Assembly (NCBI GenBank): GCA_049325335.1
Contig: JBMOMC010000039.1
Location: 1-64,000, forward strand
Direction of reading: 5' to 3'
Source of the DNA: Nitrospirota bacterium
GTDB taxonomy: Bacteria > Nitrospirota > Nitrospiria > 2-01-FULL-66-17
Length of the DNA stretch: 64,000 bases
The translations under genes and the position numbers were made by a program. This document shows positions 53,218-63,224 of this stretch, piece by piece (the first letter of the stretch is position 1; every line of letters starts with the position of its first letter). The notes under the pieces are model-generated. The model was given only the letters and a program-made list of their open reading frames with translations, made no database searches and had not been told where the DNA came from.

Positions 53218-55679
53218 TCCTGGTGCAGTCTCTCGCCATCGAGGAGTTCCGGGGCATCCATAAGCTGTCCCTGAACCCCGGCGGCAAAAACTTCGCCGTC
53301 TGCGGGCCGAATGGCACCGGCAAGAGCGGCGTTGTGGACGCCTTGGAATTCGCGATCACCGGCGCGGTGACCCGGCTCACGGGGCAGGGTACTTCTGGCA
53401 TCACGCTGAAGTCTCACGGGCCGCACGTCGACATGAGGGATAAACCGAATCTCGCCCGCGTGGTGCTCACCGCGTTCATTCCGTCCATCAACAAGACGGT
53501 CACCATCGAGCGGCGGGCCAACGCGCCCAATGAGCCCGTCATTTCGCCCAACGATCCGCAAGTGCTGGCAATCGTCGGCGAGCTGGGCAACCACCCGGAG
53601 TTCGCGCTCTCCCGCCGTGAAATCATCAAATACGTTCTCGCCGCTCCCGGTGACCGGTCGAAGGAAGTCCAGGCGCTGCTCCGGCTCGACAGGGTTGACA
53701 AGGTCCGGCAGAGCTTCCAGACGATTGCGAACAGTTGCAAAACCCGGCTGAAGCAGGTCAATCAGACTCAGCAAGATACGGAGTCGCACCTTCTGCGCGC
53801 CCTCGGTATCCCGATGCTCAAGAAAGACCAGATCATCGAAGCCGTGAACAGAAGAAGGCAGGTGCTCGGGCTTGATCCGCTGACCGACCTGGGGGCCGAT
53901 ACCTCGTTGAAGGCGGGACTGGGAGGCGTTGCTGCGCCCTCGGCCCGGCAAAAGATTTCCAAGACGCAAGCCCTCGACGATATTGCCGCCTTGTCCCAGC
54001 AGCTGACCGGGCCGGAGCCTGGCGCGGTCGCGGCCAGCCGGGCGGCCGTCGTGGACACGCTTCAGAAGCTGCAGCAGTCGCCGGCGCTGTTCAGGAGCTT
54101 GCGCCGCCAGGCGTTTCTACGTTCCGGCCTTGATCTTTTCGACGAGGCGGCATGCCCGTTCTGCGAGAACGAGTGGGACCTCGATGCGTTGCGCGCGCAG
54201 GTGCAAAGCAGATTGGCGGAGGCAAAGGAAGCGGCGGAACTCAAACGCGCGCTTGAGCAGGCGGCGGCCCCGCTGACCGCCGCACTTCAGGGACTGCAAA
54301 CGCTGGCTACCGCTGTCGGCGGGTATTCCAAGAACCTACCCGCGCCCGTCGTCGGCACGGAACTTACGAAGTGGATTGAATCGCTCGGGACACGGCGCCA
54401 GAACGTGTTGTCGCTGGAAGACCTCGACGGCGCGATCACGGAATGCTCCACCGAATACCGGCAGATCCCGGAAGCCGCGCTTAAAGTTGTTAACGGCATT
54501 CAGGCGGCCGTCTGCGCTCTCCCCGATCCTTCCAAGGAGGATGAGGCGCGCGACTATCTCAGCGTTGCCCAAGAGCGGCTTGAGGCATACCGTGAAGCGA
54601 AACGCCAGCAGGTGCGCGCCAAGCAGGAAAGTGAATTGGCCGAAAAGGTTCTCGCCGCCTATAACGCCAGCTCGACGGAGACCCTGGCAAAGATCTACAA
54701 CGATGTGCAGAAGGATTTCAGCGAATATTACCGCGTCGTGAACCAGGACGACGAAGCCGAATTCGAGGGGAAGCTTACGCCGTCGCTCGGCAAGCTGGGC
54801 TTCGATGTTGATTTCTACGGGCGGGGGTTCTTTCCGCCCGGCGCGTACCACAGCGAGGGTCACCAGGACAGCATGGGCCTCTGTCTCTACCTTGCCCTGA
54901 TGAAGCACACGCTGGGGAGAAACTTCACGTTTGCCATTCTGGACGACGTGCTCATGTCCGTGGATGCCGGCCACCGCCGGGAAATATGCACGTTGTTCAA
55001 AACGAAGTTCCCGCACACACAATTTCTGATGACGACGCACGATCCGATATGGCTGCAGCACATGGTAACGGAGCAGATCATCACCTCGAAGTCCTCGGTT
55101 CACTTTCGAAAGTGGACGGTTGACGACGGTCCCATTGTTTGGGAGGGAGGGGAAGTCTGGGACGAGATAAAGCGGGATCTTGACCAGGACGACGTTTCAG
55201 GCGCGGCGGGCACGCTTCGCCGCTACCTGGAGTACATCTCCGGGCTCCTGTCGCACAAACTCCGCGCCAGCATCGAATATCGCGGAGACGCGCAATACGA
55301 CCTCGGCGAACTCCTGCCGGCTGTCCTCGCTGCATGGAAAAAGCTGCTCGGCAAGGCGCAGGAGTCGGCGAACTCCTGGAACAAGAAGGAGGAGAGCAGC
55401 CGTCTCTCGGGTGTTCAAAAAGAGTTCAGCTCGAAGGTGGACAAGTCGCAAGTCGAACAGTGGGCCATCAACAAAAGCATTCACTACAACGAGTGGGCTC
55501 AGTTGAAAAAACAGGATTTTGCCCCGGTCGTGGAAGTTTTCAGGGAAATGCTTGCGTCTTTCCGTTGCGATACATGCGGGGGACTTGTTTACGTCTCGCC
55601 TGGTAAGGGGCCAAAGGAAAGCGTGCGGTGCGATTGCGGCGCATTTAACCTGAACCTGAAGACGAAGGGAAAGGGGTAG
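53214..55679 (+). CDS. Rad50/SMC-like ABC ATPase with zinc hook, C-terminal HEPN-like region and Zn finger
   Basis: GPNGTGKS, CPFC, HSEGHQD signature, ILDDVLMSVD, MTTH, LRRYLE...INKSIH, CDTC..CDC. Confidence 0.8.
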   Translation: MILVQSLAIEEFRGIHKLSLNPGGKNFAVCGPNGTGKSGVVDALEFAITGAVTRLTGQGTSGITLKSHGPHVDMRDKPNLARVVLTAFIPSINKTVTIERRANAPNEPVISPNDPQVLAIVGELGNHPEFALSRREIIKYVLAAPGDRSKEVQALLRLDRVDKVRQSFQTIANSCKTRLKQVNQTQQDTESHLLRALGIPMLKKDQIIEAVNRRRQVLGLDPLTDLGADTSLKAGLGGVAAPSARQKISKTQALDDIAALSQQLTGPEPGAVAASRAAVVDTLQKLQQSPALFRSLRRQAFLRSGLDLFDEAACPFCENEWDLDALRAQVQSRLAEAKEAAELKRALEQAAAPLTAALQGLQTLATAVGGYSKNLPAPVVGTELTKWIESLGTRRQNVLSLEDLDGAITECSTEYRQIPEAALKVVNGIQAAVCALPDPSKEDEARDYLSVAQERLEAYREAKRQQVRAKQESELAEKVLAAYNASSTETLAKIYNDVQKDFSEYYRVVNQDDEAEFEGKLTPSLGKLGFDVDFYGRGFFPPGAYHSEGHQDSMGLCLYLALMKHTLGRNFTFAILDDVLMSVDAGHRREICTLFKTKFPHTQFLMTTHDPIWLQHMVTEQIITSKSSVHFRKWTVDDGPIVWEGGEVWDEIKRDLDQDDVSGAAGTLRRYLEYISGLLSHKLRASIEYRGDAQYDLGELLPAVLAAWKKLLGKAQESANSWNKKEESSRLSGVQKEFSSKVDKSQVEQWAINKSIHYNEWAQLKKQDFAPVVEVFREMLASFRCDTCGGLVYVSPGKGPKESVRCDCGAFNLNLKTKGKG

Positions 55680-55754
55680 GATTCCGAGGCGTCGGGACGG
55701 CTGCGGAACGCGCGGGTTCCAGCGTCAATAGAAAATCCCCATGCCTGAAGAAGG

Positions 55755-55950
55755 CAAGACCGCCGACGTGGATGGGCTACACATCGCTCAAATGCTCGAT
55801 GCCGTAGCTCTCGCACCAGGCATTCGTTGACCGCCTTGCCGTAGGCTTTCCGGGTGTGCGGCTTCCTGATGTTGACAGTAAAAAAACTCCCAGAAACGTT
55901 TGGAGGCCTGCGGCCCGGAGAGGAACAGAGACGAGGGCCTGATTTCTTTC
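55755..55950 (-). pseudogene. Decayed N-terminus of a tyrosine integrase
   Basis: ASKRFWEFF / TVNIRKPHTRKAYGKAVNE / AWCESYGIEHLSDV*PIHV read across two frameshifts and a stop. Confidence 0.7.
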
Positions 55951-55990
55951 GTGGCCAGTTGGGCGGGAACGAGGGAGACGGTTTCGGCGC

Positions 55991-56695
55991 TCACGGCTGG
56001 GGGCTCGCTGCTGCATAACGGTCGAGCAGGGCTACGATGCTCGGCAGACGGAATTCCTTCACGTCGCCGTTTTCGCCGAGGTAAAACAGAATGCGGCCCT
56101 GTCCCAGAAGGCGTCGCAGGAGCTGCTGCGGGTTCAGCGCGCGGGCTTCAAGAAAGAGCCGGTCCTGCCGCGAGGCCAGGGGCAGATTGTTGAACAGGAA
56201 ATTGAGCGGATTGTACGGGTGGTTGTGGAAGATGAGCAGTTCGTTGCTCTCGTGCTGTCCGTAGAAATTCCACATGGCATGCGCCACGGCACCGGGCAGG
56301 TGGACGGAACTCGTCGCGCCGGTCACGTGGTGGAGGCTTTCCACTTTCGTCGTGGAGCCGTGGCGGAAGCCGTAGCCGATGATGAGGTGTTCCTCCGGCT
56401 TTTCGTCGGCGTAGTCACGACAGGCCACGAGGAAGGCGTTGCGGTTGACCTGGTAGCGGAAGCGCGCGAGCTTTCCGTCGCGTGCCCGCAGGATCGCTTT
56501 GCGGGCGCGTGACAGCTCGTCATCGTACCAACTCGAGATGGGGTTCGGTTCGAAGCAGCCGAGGACGGCGCTTTCCGTAATTTCCAGGGCGATGCGGCCG
56601 AGGGCCTCCTTGAAGGGCTGCCAGTCGATGTCAGGGGCCGAAAAGTTGTTTGCCGGAATCTGGTCCATGCTGTGTATGATAACGTCCTTTATCAT
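55991..56695 (-). CDS. JAB/MPN-motif protein
   Basis: EEHLIIG...FHNHP...LASRQD matches the E...HxH...SxxD JAMM pattern. Confidence 0.6.
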   Translation of the reverse strand: MIKDVIIHSMDQIPANNFSAPDIDWQPFKEALGRIALEITESAVLGCFEPNPISSWYDDELSRARKAILRARDGKLARFRYQVNRNAFLVACRDYADEKPEEHLIIGYGFRHGSTTKVESLHHVTGATSSVHLPGAVAHAMWNFYGQHESNELLIFHNHPYNPLNFLFNNLPLASRQDRLFLEARALNPQQLLRRLLGQGRILFYLGENGDVKEFRLPSIVALLDRYAAASPQP

Positions 56696-56812
56696 TCACT
56701 GTGTTCATGCCTCCCTCCTCACGAGGGCGTGCTGCCACGCCGTCCGCGCGACCGGGAGCATCGAATACTTGCGGAACACCGGCCAGCCCGAAGTCACGCC
56801 TCGAATAGGAGT

Positions 56813-59800
56813 TCACCCCGGCACGGGAACCGCACGCACTACGTCTAGGTCAGCCATCGACAACCCGAAGACTGCGCTGATCCGTGCTTCGATCTGATCA
56901 TTCAGGTCCGCCGACTCGCGTTCCATCAGCGTGCGCTCATGGGGTGTACGGGCATGGGCCATGGCGCCGAGCGTGTCAATCAGGGTGACGACTAGGCCCT
57001 CGATGACGGTTCTCTCGGCCGGCGATGCGGTCGGGATCGGTAAATCCTTAATGAACTGCTTACCGTGAGAGTAGTAGCCGCCCCGGAAGAGACTGGTATT
57101 GGTACGGATGAACGCCTCGCTGAGCGGGTGACACAAAACAGCCAAGAGGTAGTGGTTGGAGACCATGGAGCCCTGGCGGGAACGAATTAAGTAATAGGGT
57201 CCGTTGCCGCCGCCGGTGACCATCACGTTGGTGTCGTCATAGGCGTAGCGCGGCTCCAAGGAGAGCACGGGCAAGATGATCTTCGGGGTGTTGAACTTAG
57301 TGAGGCTCTGGGACCGGCCGTACTGGTACCACTGGCGATCGGAAGCGGCACCTCCGGTGATGTTGCGGTCGTTTAGCTCGGCGCGCCGGGCGTTTAGGTA
57401 GGCCCAACAGCCTGGGAAGCGGCCCGCGAACTCATCTGGCTGAATCAGCCGGGCCTGCGGTCGGGTCCCAGCGTGCACCAGTTCGTACGGGAAGATGATC
57501 CAGGCGTTTGCCGTCGGTCGAGCGTAGGCAAACAGCGGTGCATCTTGCAGGCAAGGCCGTAGGATGTCGCGCTCGATCCGCCAATCCTGGCCGTTCCATC
57601 GACAGGTGACGATATCGGCGGTTTCGCTAAGGGCTCGGATGATGTAGACTTCATCGGCGCTCGTCTGCATGCCGACGAAGATTTCTGCGAGGGTGCCAAG
57701 CCGATCGGGGAACTGCTCCCGCACGCGGTCGAACAAAGCGCGGGTCGCGGCATCGGCGAATCGCCAAGCTTCCTCGGTCAGTTCCGTTGCCGGGATGTTC
57801 GTAAGGGTGCCCGGCTGGCCATAGCGCCATTGGTCGAGGGGTCCAACCTGTTCAAGAGTGAGTTGGTCGCGCCCCCGCCGGTCGAGGATCAGAATGCAGG
57901 TGTAGTTGGATGTGTCTGGTCCGAACACCTGTTTAGCCCCAAAATGCACCACCTGTTCGAGCAACCGGCCGCTGGTGATCAGGCCGCGTAGGGCGCGGCC
58001 CGCCTGGATGGTCATAAACTTATGTGGGACGATGACGCCGAGCCGACCGTCTGGTCGGAGCAAGGTTAGGGCGCGTTCTATAAACAGCGTGTATTTGTCA
58101 AAATTGTCCTGCCGGGCGGTGCGATAGGGCGAGGCCGGGCTCTGGTAATAGGCCACCTCCTCGGGCGAGTAGGCCGTCATGTTCTGGATGCGGATGTAGG
58201 GTGGGTTGTCGACGATCACATCGAAGCCGCCCCGAGCCATCTCGACCGGGAACTCTTCGGACCAGGCGAACGGGTTAACCTTGTCGGTCAGCGCAGCTGG
58301 CAGCGCGCCGCACGCGACTATCCATTCGGTGCGACTAATAAGGCTGTTGCCGGAGCGGATCGCGGAATCGAGCAGAGGCAGGGCAGGGGTGTGATGCCGG
58401 GTGACGAAGGTCTGGAGTCCAGTGGCGCTCTCGTCCTCGATCAGCTTGAGAAGGACGCTGAAGCGGGCGACCTCGACAGCATTGGGATCAATGTCGACAC
58501 CGCGCAGGTGTGCCACAAGGATACGGCGTTTCTCTTCAAAGGTCAGTCGCCACTGGCCGTTACCCACCTCGTAGATCGTCCGGCCAACATGGTCGGCTCG
58601 GTCGCTGGAGAGATACCACGTGAGGTGATGGTCGAGAAGGAACTCGTAGGCCGACAACAGGAAGATGCCGGAGCCACAACAGATGTCGGCGACCGTGAAA
58701 CCGGCCAGATCGTCCGGTCGCTTCCCGGCGATAGCGGGAGCAAGGGTACGCTCAACGATCGCATCGACAACATAGCGCGGGGTCGGCACAACGCCTCCGC
58801 TTTCACGCACCTCGGGCTTGCTGACGATCTCGACGGTGCCGCCAGAGACAGTGATCGCCTCACCGAGAAACAGCTCATAGATTTCTCCGAGAACCTCGGT
58901 CTCGACAACGGCGAAGGTGTAGGGGCTCTGTGGGTAATACAGTTCGCCGATGATGCCCTGAAGCGTGGCGTCGCTGATACGGATACCGAGCCGCCCGTCG
59001 TCCAACAGACGAAATAGCCCGGAGTCGTAGAAGGCATCGGCCCGCCTCAGCACGGCCATGAGGGCCTCGAAGGTATCCGCGGTTCCGAGGTTCTTAAGCG
59101 TTTCGTACTTCTCGATCTCCCGGTCTTCACAGACGCGCAGGAAGACAATACGTGACAGGAAGAGTTGAACCGCATAGGTCAGCTCGACCGGGGTGAGGCC
59201 CGGTGTGTTGCTGTGAATATCGATGGCCAGCCGTTCGCGCCAGGAACGGACCTGACCGAGGAAGTAGTCGTCGAACTGCTCGGCACCATGCCGTGTGACA
59301 CCAACTGCAAAGCGACGATCAAAAGCACCTGAATAGATCGCCTCGCGGGACAACACATCCCATAGCTCGTCAAACCGCGCCTCGAACTCGTCATAACCAA
59401 TCAGGATGAGGCGGGCCACGCGTGCGTCGTCCGTCTCACCTGGCTTGGGCACGCAGTCGTAGATGGCAAGTTGGTGGAAGTTGGTTAGGACAGAGATCGG
59501 CAAGCTTGCCGAGTAGCCGTAACGGCGGGTCTGGAAAGCCGATGGCCGCTCCCGGTCGATCCGAACGCTCGGCTTCTTTGCCTCGACGAACAGCTTGCGC
59601 TGCCGGGCGAGCCGTAGTTCGTAGTCCGGCTTCTTCGATAGCCGTTCTTCGCCGACCTCGACGGTCGCCTCCTCGATGACCTCTCGCAGAGCGAGGGGCT
59701 GGCCTTTGGTGTTATTAACGTCCCAACCGAACGCATTCAGCAAAGGAGTGATGAAGTCGGTCCGGGCCTGGGTTTCGTTGTAGGTTGCGTGGAGGTAATC

Positions 59801-59878
59801 AGCTTCATTACGCTGGAAGTTCCGGACCAGGTCGGCGACGCGAGCACGCGACGCGGCTTTGACCGGATCTTCCATCAT
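56813..59878 (-). CDS. Type IIG restriction-modification fusion enzyme (Eco57I/BpmI-like)
   Basis: KPDY...VEAKK nuclease, DICCGSGIFL, NPPY, C-terminal TaqI_C-like target recognition domain; 1021 aa. Confidence 0.9.
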   Translation of the reverse strand: MMEDPVKAASRARVADLVRNFQRNEADYLHATYNETQARTDFITPLLNAFGWDVNNTKGQPLALREVIEEATVEVGEERLSKKPDYELRLARQRKLFVEAKKPSVRIDRERPSAFQTRRYGYSASLPISVLTNFHQLAIYDCVPKPGETDDARVARLILIGYDEFEARFDELWDVLSREAIYSGAFDRRFAVGVTRHGAEQFDDYFLGQVRSWRERLAIDIHSNTPGLTPVELTYAVQLFLSRIVFLRVCEDREIEKYETLKNLGTADTFEALMAVLRRADAFYDSGLFRLLDDGRLGIRISDATLQGIIGELYYPQSPYTFAVVETEVLGEIYELFLGEAITVSGGTVEIVSKPEVRESGGVVPTPRYVVDAIVERTLAPAIAGKRPDDLAGFTVADICCGSGIFLLSAYEFLLDHHLTWYLSSDRADHVGRTIYEVGNGQWRLTFEEKRRILVAHLRGVDIDPNAVEVARFSVLLKLIEDESATGLQTFVTRHHTPALPLLDSAIRSGNSLISRTEWIVACGALPAALTDKVNPFAWSEEFPVEMARGGFDVIVDNPPYIRIQNMTAYSPEEVAYYQSPASPYRTARQDNFDKYTLFIERALTLLRPDGRLGVIVPHKFMTIQAGRALRGLITSGRLLEQVVHFGAKQVFGPDTSNYTCILILDRRGRDQLTLEQVGPLDQWRYGQPGTLTNIPATELTEEAWRFADAATRALFDRVREQFPDRLGTLAEIFVGMQTSADEVYIIRALSETADIVTCRWNGQDWRIERDILRPCLQDAPLFAYARPTANAWIIFPYELVHAGTRPQARLIQPDEFAGRFPGCWAYLNARRAELNDRNITGGAASDRQWYQYGRSQSLTKFNTPKIILPVLSLEPRYAYDDTNVMVTGGGNGPYYLIRSRQGSMVSNHYLLAVLCHPLSEAFIRTNTSLFRGGYYSHGKQFIKDLPIPTASPAERTVIEGLVVTLIDTLGAMAHARTPHERTLMERESADLNDQIEARISAVFGLSMADLDVVRAVPVPG

Positions 59879-61638
59879 GTAATGGTGTCCGCAACGGCGT
59901 GACCACGTCGGCGGCGGGCCATCCGCCGATCGCGCATCTTCGTCCAGATATCTCGCAGCAGGTGGCAGTCAGCCTGTGACAGCCCCATGTGGCCCATAAG
60001 GACGATGCGCGCGTTCTCTTCCAACACGTCGTCCAGCCGACCAGCACGGGTGAGCCGGTCACATTCAGCGAGTGGCATGGCACCGTTGAGCATCGCTGGC
60101 ATCAGCAACCGCTCGGCCTCGGTCGGCTCCAGTTCGAGAACGCCGCCGCCATAACTACGGCCCTCGATCTCGGCCGATGCCGCGGTCAGCCAGGTGTAGG
60201 TATTGGCGATGACACGTTCCGGCTTCTCTGCTTTGCACGTGAGCCGATGAATGGTGTCGGTCGAAGTGGCGCCGGCCTGGTTTAGAACCACGCGCGGGAA
60301 ATCGTAAATCTGACGGAAGACGAATCCGTCCGGGGTCCAGACGGAGGGCACCGCATACCAGGGCGCTCGGATGGAGCACTTATAGCCCTTATGGACCTCG
60401 TTGCCCTCGCCAAAGCGGATGTAGCGGGCCAGCGCGCCGGATGGTTTCGAGCCGTTGGTGGGCGCCAGGTGCAGTAGGTGAACACGGTCACCGGCGGCGG
60501 CCATGGACCTCCAGTCGGCTTTACCGATCCGCGCACCCTTGAGCTGCACAGACCGTGATACCAGCGGGGCGGTATAGTTCTCCAGCCCCAGCTCGGCGAC
60601 CTGCGCGCTGCTCAGCACAAAAAACTCGTTCTTGCCCGTCACGACACCGACGTCAACGCTAGCATGGCTGGAAAGATTGGCAGTGACGGGTGCGGCGCGA
60701 AGCACCCGCATGAAGGTGATTTCCCGCTCAGTGAGAAAGTATTTCAGCCATTTTTCATTATCGTGACGGAGTGTCTTGGGGTGGGCGTTGGCTAGCACAA
60801 CGGCTGGCAGGCGGTTGGTGATCTCGGCCAGCGTACGAGTTTCGGTCATAGTCACGCGGCAGGGGTTCGCGTTCGATGCGGCAGCCAACGCGCCATCCGC
60901 AAGTAGTAGCACAACCTCCTGTTCTGCCTTCTCGAAGAACAGCTCGTTGCAGGCCACGATATCGATGCGAGCAAAGCGGTCGGTCAGGAATGATCGGAAC
61001 TGCGCGGCATAGGTCACCTGGAGCAACTCAGCCGGCAGCACCAGAGCTAGACGGCCGCCAGGCTGCAGGCTGGCGGCGGCAGCAACCCCGAAGGGCACCC
61101 AGATGTTGGTGAGTCGGTTTGGAGAAAGCCCTTGCTCGGCCATTATCCCCATTGCCCGGCTTCGATGTGGCTCCGGGAACGTTTGGTAGCGGATGAAGGG
61201 AGGATTGCCGACGACGGCATCAAAGGCGGGTTGTTTACTCTTCTGCCACCAACCGAAGAAATCGGCGGTTTCCACCACGTCACGGGCGCGCTGGCCAAGC
61301 GATCCGCTCAACCTGGCTAGGGCGTGGGCGGCTTCAGCAGCGATGATCTCAATACCGGTTAGGTGATTGGCGATCGTCGGGCTGCGCGCGCCCAATTCAG
61401 CATAGCGCTTGACGGCGGCCTCAAGGAACACGCCGTCACCACAGCTCGGTTCTAGGACGCGGTCCTTTGGCGATCGAATAGCCCATGCGCAAAGCCACGC
61501 CGCCACCTCTGATGACGTGTAGTAACCACCACGCAGCTTGTCCTGATCGAGATCAGTGAAGCGTCCTTGGCGCGTGCTCAGTGCATCGCTAGAGCGCGGG
61601 CGGGTCATTGGTTTCTTGGTAGGCATTCTGTTACTCAT
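59875..61638 (-). CDS. Companion N6-adenine DNA methyltransferase (M.Eco57I-like)
   Basis: GGYYT, LEPSCGDGVF, GNPPF, GRSYGGGVLELEP. Confidence 0.9.
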   Translation of the reverse strand: MSNRMPTKKPMTRPRSSDALSTRQGRFTDLDQDKLRGGYYTSSEVAAWLCAWAIRSPKDRVLEPSCGDGVFLEAAVKRYAELGARSPTIANHLTGIEIIAAEAAHALARLSGSLGQRARDVVETADFFGWWQKSKQPAFDAVVGNPPFIRYQTFPEPHRSRAMGIMAEQGLSPNRLTNIWVPFGVAAAASLQPGGRLALVLPAELLQVTYAAQFRSFLTDRFARIDIVACNELFFEKAEQEVVLLLADGALAAASNANPCRVTMTETRTLAEITNRLPAVVLANAHPKTLRHDNEKWLKYFLTEREITFMRVLRAAPVTANLSSHASVDVGVVTGKNEFFVLSSAQVAELGLENYTAPLVSRSVQLKGARIGKADWRSMAAAGDRVHLLHLAPTNGSKPSGALARYIRFGEGNEVHKGYKCSIRAPWYAVPSVWTPDGFVFRQIYDFPRVVLNQAGATSTDTIHRLTCKAEKPERVIANTYTWLTAASAEIEGRSYGGGVLELEPTEAERLLMPAMLNGAMPLAECDRLTRAGRLDDVLEENARIVLMGHMGLSQADCHLLRDIWTKMRDRRMARRRRGHAVADTIT

Positions 61639-61840
61639 GCGTGTTTTTAAACAGCGGCCATTGGTCTGCCACGTACTTCTCAGCGGCATCGCGCACGACC
61701 CACGCGAGCGAGACCTTCTTCCGCTTCGCGATCCCCTCGAGAGTCCTGTAAAGTTCCGGCGGGAAACTCACCGACGTGCGGAGCGCGTTTGTGTTTTGCA
61801 TCTTCGTCTTTCTTCCCTCCCTCTTTTTCGCCTTCACCAT
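61631..61840 (-). CDS. Ribbon-helix-helix regulator heading the R-M operon
   Basis: RTSVSFPPELYRTLEGIAKRKKVSLAWVVRDAAEKY; overlaps MTase start. Confidence 0.8.
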   Translation of the reverse strand: MVKAKKREGRKTKMQNTNALRTSVSFPPELYRTLEGIAKRKKVSLAWVVRDAAEKYVADQWPLFKNTHE

Positions 61841-62045
61841 CGGGATTCGCCCTATAAAACATGCACCACCTTACACCAAAGCGGTGCGGTATCCGGAGGG
61901 CCATTTATATAGCATAAAATGCGAGAAGAAAACAGTGGCGCATCTTGGATGACCTGGCCCAGTTCGGTGCCTATCCCCGACAGAACGGGATGACCGTGGC
62001 CCTTCGCGGGTTCGTCCCCTTCTCCACGCCGGTTTCCACACGGAT

Positions 62046-62193
62046 TGGGCTGTTTCGGGTCGGAGGAGGCGCGTCCGTCGGCACGCTGCCCGGTCCCGGT
62101 GTGTGAGGAACCGGGGCAGGGTGCCCAGCGGGGGGAGCCCCTGGGGGCGGACGGGATGGACGCTGCCGGGGGAAGCGCCGGGCGCTGGACACG
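62046..62193. repeat. Dispersed repeat, degenerate copy B
   Basis: GGGTCGGAGGAGGCGCGTC at 62057-62075 (also at 102 and 63841); ~62131-62193 matches ~63938-64000. Confidence 0.8.
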
Positions 62194-62296
62194 GCAGGGT
62201 CCAGGGGGGCGGGGGACGATCACGCCGTGTGTGGCGGAGCACGGGCCGAACCCACCTCGCGGGGGATTCTCACGGCGCCGTCGGCGGATCGGTCGG

Positions 62297-62536
62297 TCAT
62301 GGGTCCTCCCCGATCGTGGGTGGATCGAGGATCTCGAACGGCTCGTCGTTCAGCATGATGGCGAAGGGCGTCATCGTGTACGCCTCCCCATCAACGCCCA
62401 CCGCGCAGATCGCGGCGACCCGCTCTCCGGTCGCCTTGATCCGGCAATCCAGTAAACAGACGTCACCCGCTTCGAACGCGTGGGACAGGGCCTCAAAATT
62501 CATTCGGTGCTGCGCCACCATATTCTCGCGATTCAT
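62297..62536 (-). CDS. Small mobile-element protein (DUF6117-like)
   Basis: NFEAL..AFEAGDVCLLDC...AICAV...MTPFA...PFEILDPP. Confidence 0.6.
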   Translation of the reverse strand: MNRENMVAQHRMNFEALSHAFEAGDVCLLDCRIKATGERVAAICAVGVDGEAYTMTPFAIMLNDEPFEILDPPTIGEDP

Positions 62537-63006
62537 CGGCTTACCTTGTCGTCGTGCGGGTCGGCCCCCTCATCGGGTCCAGCCGCTGCCGCTTCCGGCG
62601 CTTGCGGGGGGCGATCAAAACCTTGTCGGTGGAGAGTGCGATCCCACGTCTTGGCAAACGATCGCAATTCCCTCAGCCGTCGCTCGTCGATCATGACGTG
62701 CTCGTCTTCAACCCAAACCGCCTCGTGGTAGACGCCGACGTAGTCGTTCCACCAACTCACCGGCGCCCAGATCCAGGAGGGGGCCTGTCCAGCCAGCTCA
62801 AACACCATGTCGGGATCACGCATTGCATCCCCATGTTGTTGGCCGTAATGCGCCACTGAGATCATCGGATATCCGCGCGGGCCGGTGCCAAGGTATTCAA
62901 TATGGAGGGCCATAAAGGGTGGGCGCTCCAGTCGGATGGAGGCGCGTTGGAGCGCCACGAGACCGCCGTGTTGCTGAAGAATTTGGGTCAGCGTGCGCAT
63001 CGTCAT
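62533..63006 (-). CDS. Mobile-element protein (DUF6908-like)
   Basis: LHIEYLG...ISVAHYGQQHGDAMRDPDMVFE. Confidence 0.7.
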   Translation of the reverse strand: MTMRTLTQILQQHGGLVALQRASIRLERPPFMALHIEYLGTGPRGYPMISVAHYGQQHGDAMRDPDMVFELAGQAPSWIWAPVSWWNDYVGVYHEAVWVEDEHVMIDERRLRELRSFAKTWDRTLHRQGFDRPPQAPEAAAAGPDEGADPHDDKVSR

Positions 63007-63224
63007 TCCTCCGACTCGGCGATTTCGACCGCGTAGTGGTCGGCGGCGATCCGCAATAGAGGCTCAGGATCCAGGCCCGCCGCGCGGGTCGCGTGGCAGA
63101 CATCCGCGATCAGGTCGATCACCGTTTCGTCCAGCACGAATTCGCCGGGCGAACGGACGTACTGACGGATCGCGGTCTCTCCTCTCGCCGCTCGCACGAG
63201 ATTCAGTCGAGTTGTTGTGGTCAT
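63003..63224 (-). CDS. Hypothetical protein
   Basis: Coupled ORF with GGAG RBS; VIDLIADVCH. Confidence 0.65.
   Translation of the reverse strand: MTTTTRLNLVRAARGETAIRQYVRSPGEFVLDETVIDLIADVCHATRAAGLDPEPLLRIAADHYAVEIAESEE

Noticed and set aside
49929..55679. scpB plus the SMC-like ATPase as one condensin operon
   Set aside because: Opposite strands, separated by a recombinase; the ATPase is zinc-hook Rad50-type rather than hinge SMC, and no kleisin was recognised
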